A stretch of DNA of 64,000 bases from Isurus oxyrinchus. Its lineage: Eukaryota. A program made the translations under genes and the position numbers. The notes beneath the pieces are model-generated. The model was not told the origin of the DNA. It did not search any database and saw only the letters and a list, made by a program, of their open reading frames with translations. This document shows positions 62,670 through 64,000 of this stretch, one piece after another. Numbering within the stretch: the first letter of the stretch is position 1; each line of letters opens with the position of its first letter. The DNA is taken from positions 77,004,001 to 77,068,000 of the forward strand of contig JANJGN010000021.1 in assembly GCA_026770705.1 (NCBI GenBank), given 5' to 3'.

Positions 62670-64000
62670 AAAAGAAAATGAATCCATGCTGGTTTTACTT
62701 AATTATCCTGTACTTATCTAAGTGACTCTTGATTTTATTCTGTACTATAGTTTCCAGAAGTTTCCCTACCACTGAGGTCAAACTGACCTGTCTGCAGTTG
62801 CAAGCTTCATCCTTGCACCCTTTTTTGAACAAAGGTGTAACATTCGCAGTTCTCCAGTCCTCTGGCACCACCCATGTTGAAAGAAGACTGGAAGGTTATC
62901 ACTCGTGCCTCTGTAATTTCCACTCTCACTTCACTCAGTAGCCTTGGATGCATCTCATCCAGTCCTGGTTCCTTATCAACTTTAAGTAAAGATAGCCTTT
63001 CTAACACCTCCTCCTTCTCAATTGTAAATTATTCAAGTGTACCAGTTACGTTCTCTCTCACTTCAGCCTGGGTAGCATCTTCTTCCTTTGTGAAAACAGA
63101 TGCAAAGTACTAATTTCATACCATCACTATTTCTCCTGCCTCCACGTGCAGGTCCTTTTTTTTTATCCCTAATTGGCCCTACTCTTTCTTTTACCACCCT
63201 TTTCTGATTTGTGGGGAGTGAAGACATGGTAGCTAAATTTGCAGATGACACAAAGATAGGTAGGAAAATATGTTGTGAAGAGGACATGAGGAGGTTGCAG
63301 ATGGATATAGATAGGTTGAATGAGTGGGCAAAGATCTGGCAAATGGAGTTTAATGTGGGAAAATATTGTTCACTTTGGCAGGAAGAACAAAAAAGCAGAG
63401 TACTACTTACATGGAGAATGGCTGCATAATTCTGAGGTGCAGAGGGATCTAGGTGTTTTAGTACATGAGTCACAAAAAGTTAGTATGCAGGTACAGCAAG
63501 TAATTCAGAAGACTAATGGAATGCTAACCTTTATTATGAGAGAGATTGAACATAAAAATAAGGATGTTATGCTTCAGTTATACAGAACATTGGTGAAACA
63601 GCACCGCGAAAACTACCTGCAGTTTGGTCTCCTTATTTAAGGAAGGATGTAAGTGCATTGGAGGCGGTTCAAAGCAGGTTTTGAAGCATACAAGATCCTA
63701 AACAGCCTTGAGAAGGTGGATGTCAAAAGGATGTTTCCTCTTGTGAGTGAGTCCAGAACTAGGGGGCACTGTTGTAAAATAAGGGGTTACCCTTTTTAGG
63801 ACAGAGGTGAGGAAAAAAATTTTCTCTTTGAGGGTTGTGTGACTTTGGAATTCTCTACCTCAGGAGGTGGTAGAGATGGAGTAATTGAATATCTTTAAGG
63901 CATAGGTAGTTAGATTCTTGTTAGGTAAGGGAATCATAGGTTATCAGGGTTAGATGGGAATGTGGAAATCGAAACACAAGAAGATCAACCATGATCTTAT
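62670..64000. mobile_element. CR1 LINE pieces: minus 62670-63205, plus 63210-64000
   Basis: LKVDKEPGLDEMHPRLL (minus); KFADDTKIG, WQMEFNVGK and CR1 tail (plus). Confidence 0.85.

Overview
Vertebrate genomic DNA, very probably a cartilaginous fish (shark), inferred from the repeat repertoire: CR1 LINEs, Deu-domain SINE, Penelope-like elements (PLEs), Tx1, RTE and Harbinger. The window is part of a C2H2 zinc-finger gene cluster. Two intact, effector-less poly-ZF ORFs (36554-38257 minus, 45154-46509 plus) lie head-to-head around one CpG-rich promoter (~40.4-40.9 kb). There are also two ZF pseudogenes (~24.6-25.6 kb minus, ~59.6-60.5 kb plus) and an exon-less inverted paralogous intron block (~10.3-11.7 kb). 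The rest is mostly nested transposons. Highlights: (1) a U1 snRNA gene split by a Tx1-clade retrotransposon with an apparent target duplication, next to further U1 remnants; (2) many PLE termini carrying minimal hammerhead ribozyme motifs, with a non-canonical CUGUUGA/CUGUCGA core in the young family; (3) an ORF1-only Tx1 element headed by tandem tRNA-like Pol III cassettes and carrying a coding 60-bp VNTR, nested in a full-span Harbinger that is itself inside a CR1. All calls are by eye and boundaries are approximate unless stated.
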